From Oikopleura dioica (Eukaryota > Animalia > Chordata): a stretch of DNA of 64,000 bases. Shown here piece by piece: positions 12,254 to 24,458 of the stretch. The translations under genes were made by a program, and so were the position numbers. The notes below the pieces were generated by a model. That model ran no database searches, was not told where the DNA came from, and saw only the letters and a program-made list of their open reading frames with translations. Each line of letters opens with the position of its first letter. Within the stretch, counting starts at the first letter, position 1. The DNA lies in contig OU015567.1 of the NCBI GenBank assembly GCA_907165135.1, forward strand, positions 11,656,001 to 11,720,000. Reading direction: 5' to 3'.

Positions 12254-14999
12254 ATGGACAATTCTCTAAAATCGATTTTCAGTGCGAAAGAAATGGACAC
12301 AAGCAGTGATCCGGAAGAAGTGAATGTTGACATGAACTCCCCGAAGCAAGAACCCGTCGATGCAGAGGCTTTTCAAATGTAAGTGTTGCCATGGATTGGA
12401 AGAGCTCACTTTCCTAGAGACAGCTTGTAAGAATCTATCCTTTCTTCCGTGAGTTTGGTCAGTGAATATCAGCGGCTCTGTAACGCATTGTCTTTTACGA
12501 GCTCGTCAAATAAACGGGGCCTCAACGTAGTAGCATCAGTAGCTGCTAAAGTACAATTTTAAGGGAGAGAACAGCCACTTCCTCGCCCATCACAAGTTCG
12601 GCGCCGTCGCTTTCGGCGACTTCATCGCCAATGTCATCTCATGGCAACTTCCAGCCGCAGAGAAATGTCCCTTCAGGAAGTTATCAACAGCAAGCAGTGA
12701 GTGAACTGTTGAACGCGAAAGAAAGAAGACGACATTTTCTCAACTCGGTAAGAATTTGTTCAATGATTTTTGGAGGGAAAACAAACTCAGTCATTTCAAA
12801 TGGACGTAAAGTCACGTAAAACTAATCAGGGCTCAATCGATAATAAGTCAGAAAATTTATTTTATGGACAATAATAAAATGTCTAAGTGTTTTTCCTTTT
12901 TATTTGACTTATCGATTCTATGTTTATGACTAGATTTTGAGCATATCTTTTTTTCTAAGAGAATGGTAATTTTTTGAATTTTAATTATTTCCAATTATTG
13001 CGAATTGATTTTCCCGTCATTTTTGGGAGTCCAAGCTGCGATTTGAGCGTCATCAGAGCGCTTTATTCTCCTTCGCCAGTTTTACGACTACACGGCGATG
13101 CGTTACGCACGATGTCGCCTGAGTCTCTCCGTCTATATATCCCTTGATTATAGATTCATTCGTGTTCTAGAGTATGACACCAACTTTCAACACGATCCGC
13201 GAAACATGCGAGCTCAAGCGTCAGACATCTGATCCGATCAAGTTCTCGCCGCTGGATCCGCACTTGAGCAGATTGAGCGATCGTCTTCCAAAGCAGCACT
13301 CTGATCCGCACCCGATCGACACCCGCGCGACGATGCAGTCTCATCTCTTACAAAGACTTCTTCAGCGTGATTCCGGTAAGTCTATCACATGGACTATCCG
13401 TGACGTAAAATTATATATTTAATCTGGCACGCAAATATTGATCGATGTCGTAAAGGCGCACTAATTATGATTTAGCTTTCAAAAAGCCCCACTCCTTATC
13501 TATATTTTCAGACGGAGAAGAATTCTTCAAAGTCACATGTGGGATCATTGAAGCAAAATTGATCTGGAAGCTATTCCGCTGCCCCGGAATCAGCCAAAAA
13601 TGCATCCGAATGTCAAACGGGGAAATGATCACCCCAAAGGATCTGGTAAAGAGCGCGGGGAAACAGACGCTCAAAGACTGGAAACGGGCGATCCGAATAA
13701 ATAACACCATGCTAAGGTTTCTCTTACTAAATTCATACGAATCTTATTTTGATTCAGAAAGCACATGAGTGAGGAAGGCGGTGGCTTAGACTACTATCTC
13801 CACGACCAGCACTGCTCGAATACTTGCAAATCGTCGAAAACAATGTCCGATATTTCAATGGGCAACTCTGTCGGTTCGAATCCATCGATGGGCTCTTCAT
13901 CAACTTCCACATCTTTTGATGATCCAACTGTTCGGCCTCTCTCCCTCGCAAATCAGCAGAGCTTCAAAAGAGGCTCGTTCGAGCGCTCATCGTCAGAGGA
14001 CTCGGGAGATCTTCTATCGCATACGGATGATGATCAGGCCAGTGAAGCCAGTTGTCAGACATTTTGGCAAGGACTTAACTCGCAAGCAGATGTATCTGGT
14101 GATATCTTCGGTGCAGTGATGCACAAGATACAAGAGATACAGCTTCGAATGAGGAGTAATCCGACCCCTTCTCCATCTGGTAACAGATAGCATTTCAGCT
14201 TTTTCTTACTTTTTCTTCAGACGCCGTTGCGATGACAAAAATCCTCGACAACCTAGGAATGATGTCATCCGTTCAAGAGCGCCTTCGAGGTGTATCTCAG
14301 CAGCTTGCGGATCAAGATAATCATGTGAAGCAAAGCTCTAAAGGTAGTTTTTTGGTGATAGATTTCCAATAAGACAAATTTAAGATCTTCAAATGAAACT
14401 GGAACAGCAGAAGCGTCAAGAATTGGACATCAAGACAAAGAAACGCGCTATTGAAGAAGCCCTCAATGCTGCACCAATAACGAAAAAACCAAAAACCCGC
14501 CCGCTGGTCCGCCAGCTGCCGCGACAAAAGGCTATTGATGCTAGTCGCAACGCGTACTCGCCGCAACGTAAGTCACTTTTTGTCTGACGTGGCTATTAAA
14601 AGACTTATCTTCAGGTCTCCAGCCTTACTCGCATATAATGCCCCTCGGACCGGAGTATTCACGCATAGATCCCCGCCTATCCGGCTGGCACCCTCACCTA
14701 TTCGTCTCTCTTCCATATACGACACCGAGTTCACGGTTTCCACCAGAGTCGGCGCCTCCTCTCGCTCTCAGCTCATCCCAGAGTCCCATTCCTCCTCCGA
14801 TCGAGGAAGTTCTTCCTAAGTAAGTTTTCAGACTGACGCTGCCTTAGCGTTAGATAATCGAGTGTTCTAATCTTAACCTTTCACTTGTCAAAGCGAGACA
14901 TTTATTGTCATTTTCAGCCGATTCGACGAAAAGTGCACGATCCGATCTTCCCCCGACCATACGATACGTTCCATTTCGCCTGCCGCTGAGCGACAGTAG
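12254..14999 (+). CDS. GMEB: GMEB-family SAND-domain transcription factor; 5' exons uncertain
   Basis: Exon ~13512-13712 reads FKVTCGIIEAKLIWKLFRCPGISQKC...AGKQTLKDWKRAIRINNTMLR and splices to KHMSEEGGGLDYYLHDQHCSNTCKS, matching the GMEB1/2 SAND domain and its H..CSNTC zinc motif. A coiled coil follows. Stop TAG at 14997-14999. Candidate upstream exons at 12254, ~12570 and 13174. Confidence 0.8.
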
Positions 15000-15986
15000 T
15001 TATTCTATTCATCTTCAAATATCTCTCCGCTTTCCAACTAACCGGTGATTCTCCTGATGCCAAAAATGCACATTCATAAAAGGAAAGGACATTTTCCTTT
15101 CTTCTCCGAATAATGGCGCTATTTCGTTTATTAATATTTTTCCAAAAAGTTCAAAAACAAACATACTCTTCTCCAAATAATCTTCCCAGGCGCGTATGAC
15201 AACTAATTTTCTTCTCTTGGATATCTTACATGCGTCAAGTCTTCATCACTTCCATGGAAAATATTTTCGTCGTCGACAAATCTCGAAGTTTTCCCATATT
15301 TTGGGCTTTATCTATTTTGCTCATTTAGTTTAACTTAGCTAACTTTTGATTGACTTTTTCTCGTGAAAATTTTGAGAGGAACATTTCTCAAAATTTTTAT
15401 CGAGAAAACTTTTTATCTCGACAAGGTCTGACCATTTTGTCGACGGGTTTGGACCGGGTCGAGGTCGTGCCCTCTGCTCCAGGTCCATGGGACGTCGACA
15501 CCCATGGACAGGAGCTTCTTTATCTTGTACAGTTATTTTTAACGAAACTACAGTAGCTTGAAGCACTCATGTTTTAACTCAACTCGTAGCGACATCTTTG
15601 CCCCTTCCCGTATCTCTGTGAGATCAGAATTTTACTGGGAGCTCCTCTTATATCTTTATATTGTAAGCAAGAATCAACTTATGACACCGCATCGACTTTT
15701 CGATAAAGTGAAATTTTTCCTGTTTCTCTCGAAAGTTCACTGAATAAACTACGGCAAAATTAAAGCAATGGATATTTTTACCGTCTTTCAAAGAAAAAGT
15801 CTTATGACCATGTTTTTTTACAAGAAATTTTGGATTCATTCTTTGTCATTTATTCTGAGTCTATTGAATATTCATTATGAATTGTTTGTTTCCAGCGAGA
15901 TATTTGAAATATTGTGCAGGTGTAAGGAAATTTACAAACTGAGAGGAACTGTACAGGTCATTTTCTAACTTGTAACTTTTCGGTTT

Positions 15987-18900
15987 TTATCCATCAATGT
16001 CTTGTACTGAAAAAACGAAATTGATTATGATATTAAAGATTTAATCCTTACCGCATTTGGTCGCTCCGATTTCATCGACTCCCTGCCAAGAAGGAACTTG
16101 TAAACCTCTGCAGATTTGTTTCGCCGGTCCTTGGCGTCTTCTTCCCGCGTTGCATTGAATCGTACACACAGACTTGTACATGTTCGAATCTGTGCAAGAC
16201 ATCGACGCACCGTTGATTCTTAGCTCTTCGCATTTGCTGACTAAAATTTCTTTCGTAAGCAGACTTTTTGTTCGATTCTCGTTACGTGACACGAATATAA
16301 TGTCAGAGAAGATTATTTTGTCATTTTTAAATACCAAAAATAATCTATGGGAATTTTCTCGGAGGAAAAAGAAAAAAATATCTTACATTGACATGTTGGC
16401 ATATTCGTAGAATCCTGAAGAAGACGCTCTTCTTCTTGAACAAGTTCGGGGCTCTCGTTGTACTGCCAGGTTAGTTGCCCATCAACGAGCACGCATGATA
16501 CCTGAACAGAGTTAAGAAATGATGAAGATTTGAGCAAGGACATACGATAAGTTGATCTACTGGGGTGACTCGTTCTTTGAAAGTAAGAGAGTATCCCTGG
16601 TTGCAAAATATCGAGCAACTCGATCCATACTCCTCGCCCAAGCTGCATGACGTAACACCTTCTATTGGATTGTCGAGAATAAACGGGCATCTTTTGACTA
16701 TGAAAAGAAAGGAAATATTAATACGGCTCTTGAATCGCTTGAGAATTTGAGCTTACTTTCGCATTTTGGATACGCGTTATTGATAAGCCCACTCCACTTG
16801 CCACTGCCAGCGCAATTTATTGCTGTTGAATCTCCTTTTCCGCCGCTTTTAATTAAAAAAAATCAGGGTGGATATCTTCAATGTCATTTGTTACCTGATG
16901 GTGAAACCTTCATCGCAAGTAATTGTGCATTTAGAATTGGTTTTCTTTCCATTTGAGCAAGAAACAGTTCCATTAAGAGGCTTCAAGGTAGGAGCTAAGT
17001 CGCAATCTTTCTCCTCAACGACGCCTGAAATTTCCTTTCCTTTTTGGTTTCAACTTGTTCGATTTACCTAAGCATGGAAGCTCGGCAGCATTGCATAAGT
17101 CATCCATACAACAGCATCGGCAAACGCTTTCGAACCAATCTGGCTGACATTGTTTTCCCCATCTTCCGGAATAATTATTCGATTTTTGCTGAATGTGACA
17201 GGAGTTTTTGTCTTTGCACTTCTTTGAAATGAGCTTTTCGCCGTAGCCAAAGTTTCTGACTTCTGTCATGCACGACGCATCGGCTAGCTAAATTTATGCA
17301 TGACTGTAAAATTATTCCAAAAAGGAGCATTACTTGACAGGTGGTTTGTCCTGCAGCATTGCACTCGTCGTTCGTTTTCGCATTGACACATGTGAAGCAC
17401 TGTATTTCACGTTTGTACTGGCTTGGCTGCTCTTTTTCTGAAAAAAAAGATGCTTGGTTTTTGGTTGATTCTTGATGATGAATTGGCAAAAATTAGATGT
17501 GTTGAGTATAGATGTCAGGATTCCTGACAAGGCGTGTTAAAAAGTCTGGTATAATTTTAACTTACGGGGGCTCTGGCCTGGTTGGGCAAGTTCTGAAAAC
17601 GTTAAGAAAAGTTCTGCTCTTTATAAATTACTTTATAAAACTGAAAAAATTACCTGGATATCTTCCTAAAGCGGCCATATACTGATCCCATTTCTTCTGC
17701 TTCTCTGGCGGCCATTCTGGCTTCGGTGGCAAATAACCCGATCTTGTCATCCGAACCAATGCTGTTGATTTTTCTTGAGTCTCTGATATTTCTTCGGAAG
17801 GATCATTGTTCCCTTCGATTTGTCTTTTTACGTTGTTTCTCGTCCTGTCTCTTTTTGGTCCCTTCGTTCAGGGGTCTGGATTCGCTTTGCGAAATCGCCA
17901 TATAGCGAAGCGAAGCGAGGCGAAGCGAATTCGCTTCGCTTCGCTTTCGCTTTTGAAAATTTCAATTCGCTTCGCTTCGCTTTCGCTTTTCAAAAAAATT
18001 TCGATTAGCTATTATTTGATAATTAAAATATTAAAATCTTTTCAAATAAATCCAAAGCTTTCTTCTCGAAACCCCTAAAACCATCATTTTTGGTCATATC
18101 CAGCCACTAGGAATTTGCTTAGATTTAGAATTAAGAATAAAATCGTTTTTATTTATTTTATTGTTCATTGAATTTTTTAATTTTTTTTATATTCAAGTTT
18201 GATTATTGTGACATCTTTAATATTTTTACGTAATAACACCACCACCTTCGGGCCGTCTCAGCCCCGTCCCTGGCTTTTTAATTTAAATGGGCTTGATGTA
18301 GGCTGGGATAAGAAGATAGTTTAGAGATGATCAGTCTCAGTTCTATCCCCAACCCCACCCACACCTATTTTTTAATGAACCCCAGTTCATTCATCCCGAA
18401 TTTAAATTATGGTTTTACATAGTATTCTGTGGGGCCTTTCATGACTTCAAATGAATTACCATAGCAAATTATTTTATAGCAAAATTTTGTTAACGTGACG
18501 AGAAATTTGCTGAATGAAGAATTCCCTTCAAGAAGATTATTCTTCTTTCAATTTAAAATTCTTCCACCAGGAGGGGTCCTCCAGGCATGAAAAAACGAGG
18601 CAAATGCTCGCTTGGTGTCGCTAATTCGGGCTTTAGTTTTCGGGGCAATCATCAAAAATCATCGGTATAAAGAAAAATGTATTTTATTCATCCAAAAAAT
18701 GATGAAAAAATTTCGCTTTTTTTCGCTTTACAAAGAAAATTTTCGCTTCGCTTCGCTTTCGCTTTTGAAATTTTAATTCGCTTCGCTTCGCTTTCGCTAA
18801 AATTTTTTAAAAAATTTTCGCCTTCGCTTCGCTTTCGCTTTTCACTTTCGGGCAAAATCCAGACCCCTGCTTCGTTTTCTCTGGATTGTTGTTTCCAAAT

Positions 18901-19026
18901 GTTAGAATTGGGAGAAGCAAAAAAACTGTTTTTGAGGTGAGAAAAAATAAAGCTAAAGTAGTAGGTAGTTTTGCAAATAAATAGATTTTACGTGCTTCTG
19001 ATCATAACACCTCTAGCTTGTCGCAT
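15987..19026 (-). CDS. Secreted protein: signal peptide, basic/Pro-rich spacer, Ly6/three-finger domain and three sushi (CCP) domains; exon 2 interrupted by a MITE
   Basis: ATG at 19026 (MRQAR) splices to a hydrophobic stretch (VFLLLPILTFG). The Ly6 domain reads CFTCVNAKTNDEC...CMTEVR...KKCKDKNSC...CRCCCMDDLCN. The sushi repeats are CDLAPTLKPLNGTVSCSNG...CTITCDEGF, CPFILDNPIEGVTSC...CSIFCNQGY and CEELRINGASMSC...CTIQCNAG...W. The last exon is VQDIDG* (TAA 15989-15987). Confidence 0.75.
17869..18869. mobile_element. Non-autonomous DNA transposon (MITE), 1001 bp, CAGGGG termini (hAT- or P-like)
   Basis: TIR CAGGGGTCTGGATT...AATCCAGACCCCTG; 7-bp direct repeat CTTCGTT at 17862-17868 and 18870-18876; subterminal arrays of TTCGC/GCGAA repeats; no ORF of note. 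Confidence 0.9.
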
Positions 19027-21889
19027 CTCTTAAATTTCGAGAAATTTAGCTCGATAAAATTCATTCCTTTTTAGAAGTCATCTGACAGCGTTCGCAGATT
19101 GGAGAGCGTGAGGACCGACTGGTGCCGCGCAGCTTTACCAAACTCAATAATTCATCAAGACTGAATATCGATCTACAAATGGGATGCCCTTCACTTCAAA
19201 AGAAGCATCTACTTGATTCAGGTGAATCAAGCAATTGTTTCTTGCTTAATAAATAAACTGCTTGGATTTTTGAACTAAAGGACATTTTGCAGCTAGAATG
19301 CTTGACAGGTTCAAGGTTGAAACTATTTAAATTGCGAGTTCTAGACTAGAACTTCTAGCTGATGAGATTCCTAGCAGTCGCATTCGTCCATCAAAAAATT
19401 TTCGTTTTCAGTCAAGGAAGAGCAAAAGACTGCCAACATCTAAATAACTCATTCAATAGGAATCATGGATGCTGTGAAAATATTTCAAAGAGAGGACTCT
19501 TCGTTGATTTCAATGGAGTCATCTCCGTCATCTTACATGATTTAACCTGACTTGGACAACTACTCGTGCAATTTCGCTACTGTCAATACCGGTAGCCAAT
19601 TGATCTTCGAGAAACTATTTCTAACTCTGAAGTATCTACTCCAAGGAAACGCATGTTATTATACCTAAAGATTCAGATCGCTGAAGTTGATGCTGATTTT
19701 AGAACTGCGTCAGCCAGACACTTGAGCTACTGTGGAATCAACGTTAATACTTGATGACCAGCGACACTCGTATCGAATGGCGATGAATAGTATACGATGG
19801 CTATTCACGATGCATTTCGGGCCGCGTTTTTGGTCTTGTCCGATTAATTCTTGATTAGTGAGAGTGTCGAACATGCAGCCAGTTTAGCGCAAAACGAGAT
19901 TCTACTCATGTTTTATTAACTGCGATCAAATAATCTGGTAAAATTGCGTCAATTCGGGACGAACTTGCTAGAAGAATAATCCAGAAATAACTTGATTGCG
20001 TCAAAACTCCTCCTTGTCTTCCTGCTCAATTTTTACCTGTAGAAAGAAAATGAAAGAGGTGTTATTTCAGTAATGAATCATTACTAATGATATTCATGTT
20101 CAAAGATAAACAGGGTACAAACAGATAAAGGCAAATTCAAAAATAATGATCAGGAAGAAAAAACAAAGCAGGAAAATAGCAACTTTTAGCCGTTTCAAAA
20201 CTTAAATCAAATAAAATGATTATTGGTTGATGAAACACGTTCCTGGGTTCGGTTCGGGTGCAAACGATACATGAGCCTTTTTCAAAATTGTCAACGCAGA
20301 TCCTTCTTCACTTTCTACAGCTGCCAATCCGTGTTTATCAGCTTCAAACAGGGGTGATTTTCCTTTAGAAAATCCCGGTGGGAGCCGCATGACGAGGGCT
20401 ACCACAGCTTATAAAATCGTTTAGGATTATTCTTCTTCTGTTAAAACTATTTTATTTGCCCAAAACGTTTTCCTACGACGAGAAGAAACGTAACAATCAA
20501 AAGAACTCGGTAAATCACACTCAGAATTCGACATTCTTTCTTTTCTCTCTGCCCGATTCGGTGCTGAACATTGACTGTAATCGAGATTACTGATTTGTCT
20601 TTACTTTTAATTCTTTTGCGACGAGCTTTTTCGTTTTCATTTTCTCAGTACTGAGCGGAAATCAACTCTTTTCAATGGGATTTGCATTCGTGATGATAGC
20701 CCCTTCATCGGGAATATTTTCTTCGAAAAAGTCGAAAAATCTGCGAAAAAACATTTCAAAACTGGAATAATCTCGAGAACATGTCGCTTACTTGTGTTGG
20801 ACACAACACCCCGGGCCAGTTTAGTTTCTTTCTTTGCCTGTGGCATGTGAAGACCCCCCAAAAGTGCCGCATTGAGAAGTTATATGTTACTTCCCTCGCT
20901 ACCTGTAGCAGATCCCTTCAACGTTTTTCGAGAATACACCCACGCAGCCACAAGTTCTCATTATTTTCATCACTTATCAGCAGTCCCGTCTTACCATTTC
21001 CAGAGTTATTCCAGGTAATCAAGCGCGTCAGTCCTTTCTATTCGGTACTCCTCCTTGAAATACCCTCTCATTTGCGAAAATAGCAGTAAACATTATAAAC
21101 TCTTGAAGAAATAAGGAGTAAGGTCAATTCTAGCGCTGGAATCACGCCCTGCAACCCTGCACCAGGCATCGGCGATCTCTGCGACCCCAACAAGCGCATC
21201 GTTTTCATCTTCGCGCCGCTACCTATCTTCGTCCCGTGGCTCTTCCTTTCTCCACCAACGATTATCTTACCAATCGTTCCCAGCCCAGCCAGTGCCGAGA
21301 TGAATTCCAATGATAGCGACAAGAGGGACAAGACAAAAGTTGGTGAGTCATTAAAACACTAGCCTAAGGTTCGAAAAAATGGGCTTGCTTATTGGCCGGT
21401 AAAACGTTGCACGAGGGGGACAGATTCCGAAAAGCGCAGAGCTTTGATTTTGTTTTCTTCAATTTTTCAATTTCCGAAACTAGAGATGCATAAAAAAGAC
21501 TCTGAGTCTATTTCAACTGACTTCCAAGAATATGGTAAAGAGATTGCGACGATCGAAATTGAAGCTACTTGATAATAAATCATTTCACGCTAGAAAGTGA
21601 AAGCTTATTTAACACTAAGAAATTTCATTTAGCCATCCGATCTCAACTTCTGTGCTTCAAAGAAGGCCTGACAACTACTCAGCTGAACAACTGGTATCGC
21701 AGTTTCTTCAAAACAGTAAGTTTCGAAACGGGTGTTTTCAAGTCCGACAGACTTTATCGGACCGGGCGTGGGAATCGCATTTTCTCGAGAACTATCAATC
21801 CAATTGGTAAATTTAAAAAGTGACTCAGCTAAACGAAAAAGGTTAGCATTTTCATTTGATTTTTACAAAGAGATTTTTGGGAAAAAAGA

Positions 21890-24172
21890 ATGTCAAGCAA
21901 GCGAGAATTGGTCGAGGATCCATGGCGCAAGCCAGCGTGCTTTTACGATACTGACGAACTCTTTTCGGGGTCCGATACCGAACCCCTATTCGGAGAGGTT
22001 TCAGAAAGCAAGCGCTTCGATCTCAGTTATCTAAAACGCCATAATGAGTCGCTCACGTCCGATAACAGTAACCAACCTGCAACTCAACTTGGGCCCTCCG
22101 ATTCGGGAATGATCTCGGGCGGATCTGAAGCTCCAGAAGTCAACCCCCCGAAAGGTGGGTTGTCAAAACTTCGTTGTATGCAAGACCCGCAATACGAAGA
22201 TATTAGAAAGGCGGTTCAAGAGTGGGGATCCAATATTTTCATTTTTTTTCTTTAAAGAATTTCTTTTTGATCCCCTTTTTGAATACAGCGAAAAACAAAA
22301 TTTGCCCGGTCCAGACTCTCTCGAATTCGGCTGCCCACTCCCGAAGGATTACTACAAAAATAATCCCGATTTTCAGCCGATAGCGCAGACGACCGGCGAA
22401 ATCGAAGCTTGGCTGACCAAGCAGACTGATCTCTGCCGCTCGAAAGGCAAGACTGTTAGTGGTGAAAAACTTTGGGTGGGTATTCCGACTCAAGAGACGA
22501 AGCATGTGTCTGACTTGATTTCTCATCAGAAGAGTGCTAAGGAAAGATTTAAACAATCGAGCAACAATTAAGTTATTAGCCATTAAAAATCTTGCAAAAG
22601 CCGAAAAAGACTAAGAAGATCGCGCGCCAGTCCGCTAAATTCGCGAAGTCTATCGAGCAGGCTCCGCCGGCGCAGAAGGGTGCTAGCAGTTCCGCCTCCA
22701 AGAACAGCTACCGATCGAGCTACGGTCGAAAGACATCAAAGCCAAGTCTTTCGCGACGATCTTCAAATGCTTCCAACACGAGTCAAGCGTTCCAGCGAAA
22801 GCCTGTCAACAGCCCTGTTGTTCCTGCTTGTGCTGGAAACTCGATGAAGAAGTCGTATGAGTTTGACAGACGCACGGATCACACTCGGGTATTTAACGGT
22901 TACAATTTGGTAAGGCTCATGCAAAAGAGCCGGATCTGAAAGTTCTTTTCAGGAAGAAGACCGCAAGGAATACGAAACAAACACGATCACCATCAAACGG
23001 CCACCCAGCGTTGTCGAGAAATCGTACAGCTCGACTCCTACCACTGATAGCAGCGATGAAGAAAGTAAGGATTGCTTTACTTGCTCAATTTTTAAAGAGT
23101 TTTTTCAAGGCTACGACAAAAATGCGATCATTTCGTCGATTAAAAAAGCGCACGAACAAATGAGACGAAATGGAAGCATGAAATCTTCTTCCGAAAATCA
23201 TGAGCCAAGGCCTGAAAGCATCAGGTCAATGAAAGATGAGGCTAGAGTCGGAAGCGTGGCTCGCACTGACAGCATCCGATCTGCATACGATCTACCGCCA
23301 GCTTGCGTCGATCGTAGGACGCCCATGTCATCCTCCGTACTCGGAGAGCCTAAAGAGGCCAAACTTGAGAGCCTTAGGGATGACACTTCGTAAGTCTATG
23401 ACTATTTACTCTCTTTATCGTCAATTTTAGAGTCGCAAAGAGCGAGGTCAGTACAATCCGAAGTCGCAAGTATGGTATCGATGAAATGCGGTAAGAATCA
23501 AACTTCGAATTCCTTGCTTAACATATAATTAGGCAATTCATTGGGTTGGAGCTCAAGAGTCACGGCGACAGCATGTCGATCTCCAACATTCTTGGGCTCT
23601 TGAACGATGATTTCATGAGTGGCGTTCTGAAAAGACCTGGACTCTCTAAGGAGAAATTTCTCAACGTCCTTAAAATGTTCGAAGGTAAGATTTATTTGCT
23701 GTTTTCTCTCATTAACTGGTCTTCTTTGAAGAGTTCTACGTAGAGAACGGCAGAGTATTTTTGCAGAACGCCGAGTCAACTGAGGAAGAAGAGGACACTG
23801 AAGAGGATAGTTCGGAGTCAATCTCCGACAGTGGCACCGATGTCTCCGAGCTTGGAATGTTTGGCGTTCCTAAGCCGCAGACAACCCTTCAAAACACAGC
23901 AAAACCTGCACCTGCGATCGAGAGCGAGCCAATGTCTAGCATGGCGAGACAAGTGGTATGTCTTTATTTCTTGAGCTTATCATCGATCATTTATTTAGTA
24001 CGACGCCAAACAGGAGCTCGCTGCTCTTCGTCTTCGCGACGCTAACCTCCACACTCAGCTGGTGCAAATCCAGAATCGCATCGCTGAAAACAAGGAGGAG
24101 ATGGAAGCGGCGCAGGAAAAGTACGAACAACTTGCTGACGAGTTCGTCGAAGGATTTATGAAAGCTTTCTGA
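21890..24172 (+). CDS. Multi-exon hypothetical low-complexity protein (Ser/Lys-rich, acidic tract, C-terminal coiled coil); 5' end uncertain
   Basis: Chain of ORFs (21890, 22155, 22592, 23160, 23546, 23761) separated by short GT-AG introns. The last exon reads ...ELAALRLRDANLHTQLVQIQNRIAENKEEMEAAQEKYEQLADEFVEGFMKAF* (TGA 24170-24172). No recognisable domain. Confidence 0.5.
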
Positions 24173-24458
24173 TTCGTGAGAGAGCTTTCACTGCCACTTT
24201 CTTCACTCCTTTATCTGCCACTCATATTTTTCACAAAAATATATTTATCGTATATTTATGCTAAAACACGTGTCGTTTTCTTCCTTGATTTCGCAGGGCA
24301 TACAGAATTACGCTAGATCAATTTGTTATCAATGTCTCCCAGAGGCTCAAGCTGAAATAAAGGTGGTGGAAATCTCTAGAGCTACGCAAGAAAATTGTTG
24401 TTTGATGATTTTTGCAGGAGTTCCTCAGTCTGACTTTGCAGTTTTCAAGACAAGAACG

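Noticed and set aside
15339-15560. Short hairpin (TTTTGAGAGGAACATTTCTCAAAA) and a GC-rich patch resembling a TE fragment
   Set aside because: No paired TIRs or TSD found.
19100-21880. Possible small genes or exons (20220-20405 minus; 21068-21340; 21485-21800 plus, including a YSAEQLV motif in an alternative frame)
   Set aside because: Strand and frame are ambiguous, there are internal stops, and the phase-consistent splice does not use the frame holding the motif.
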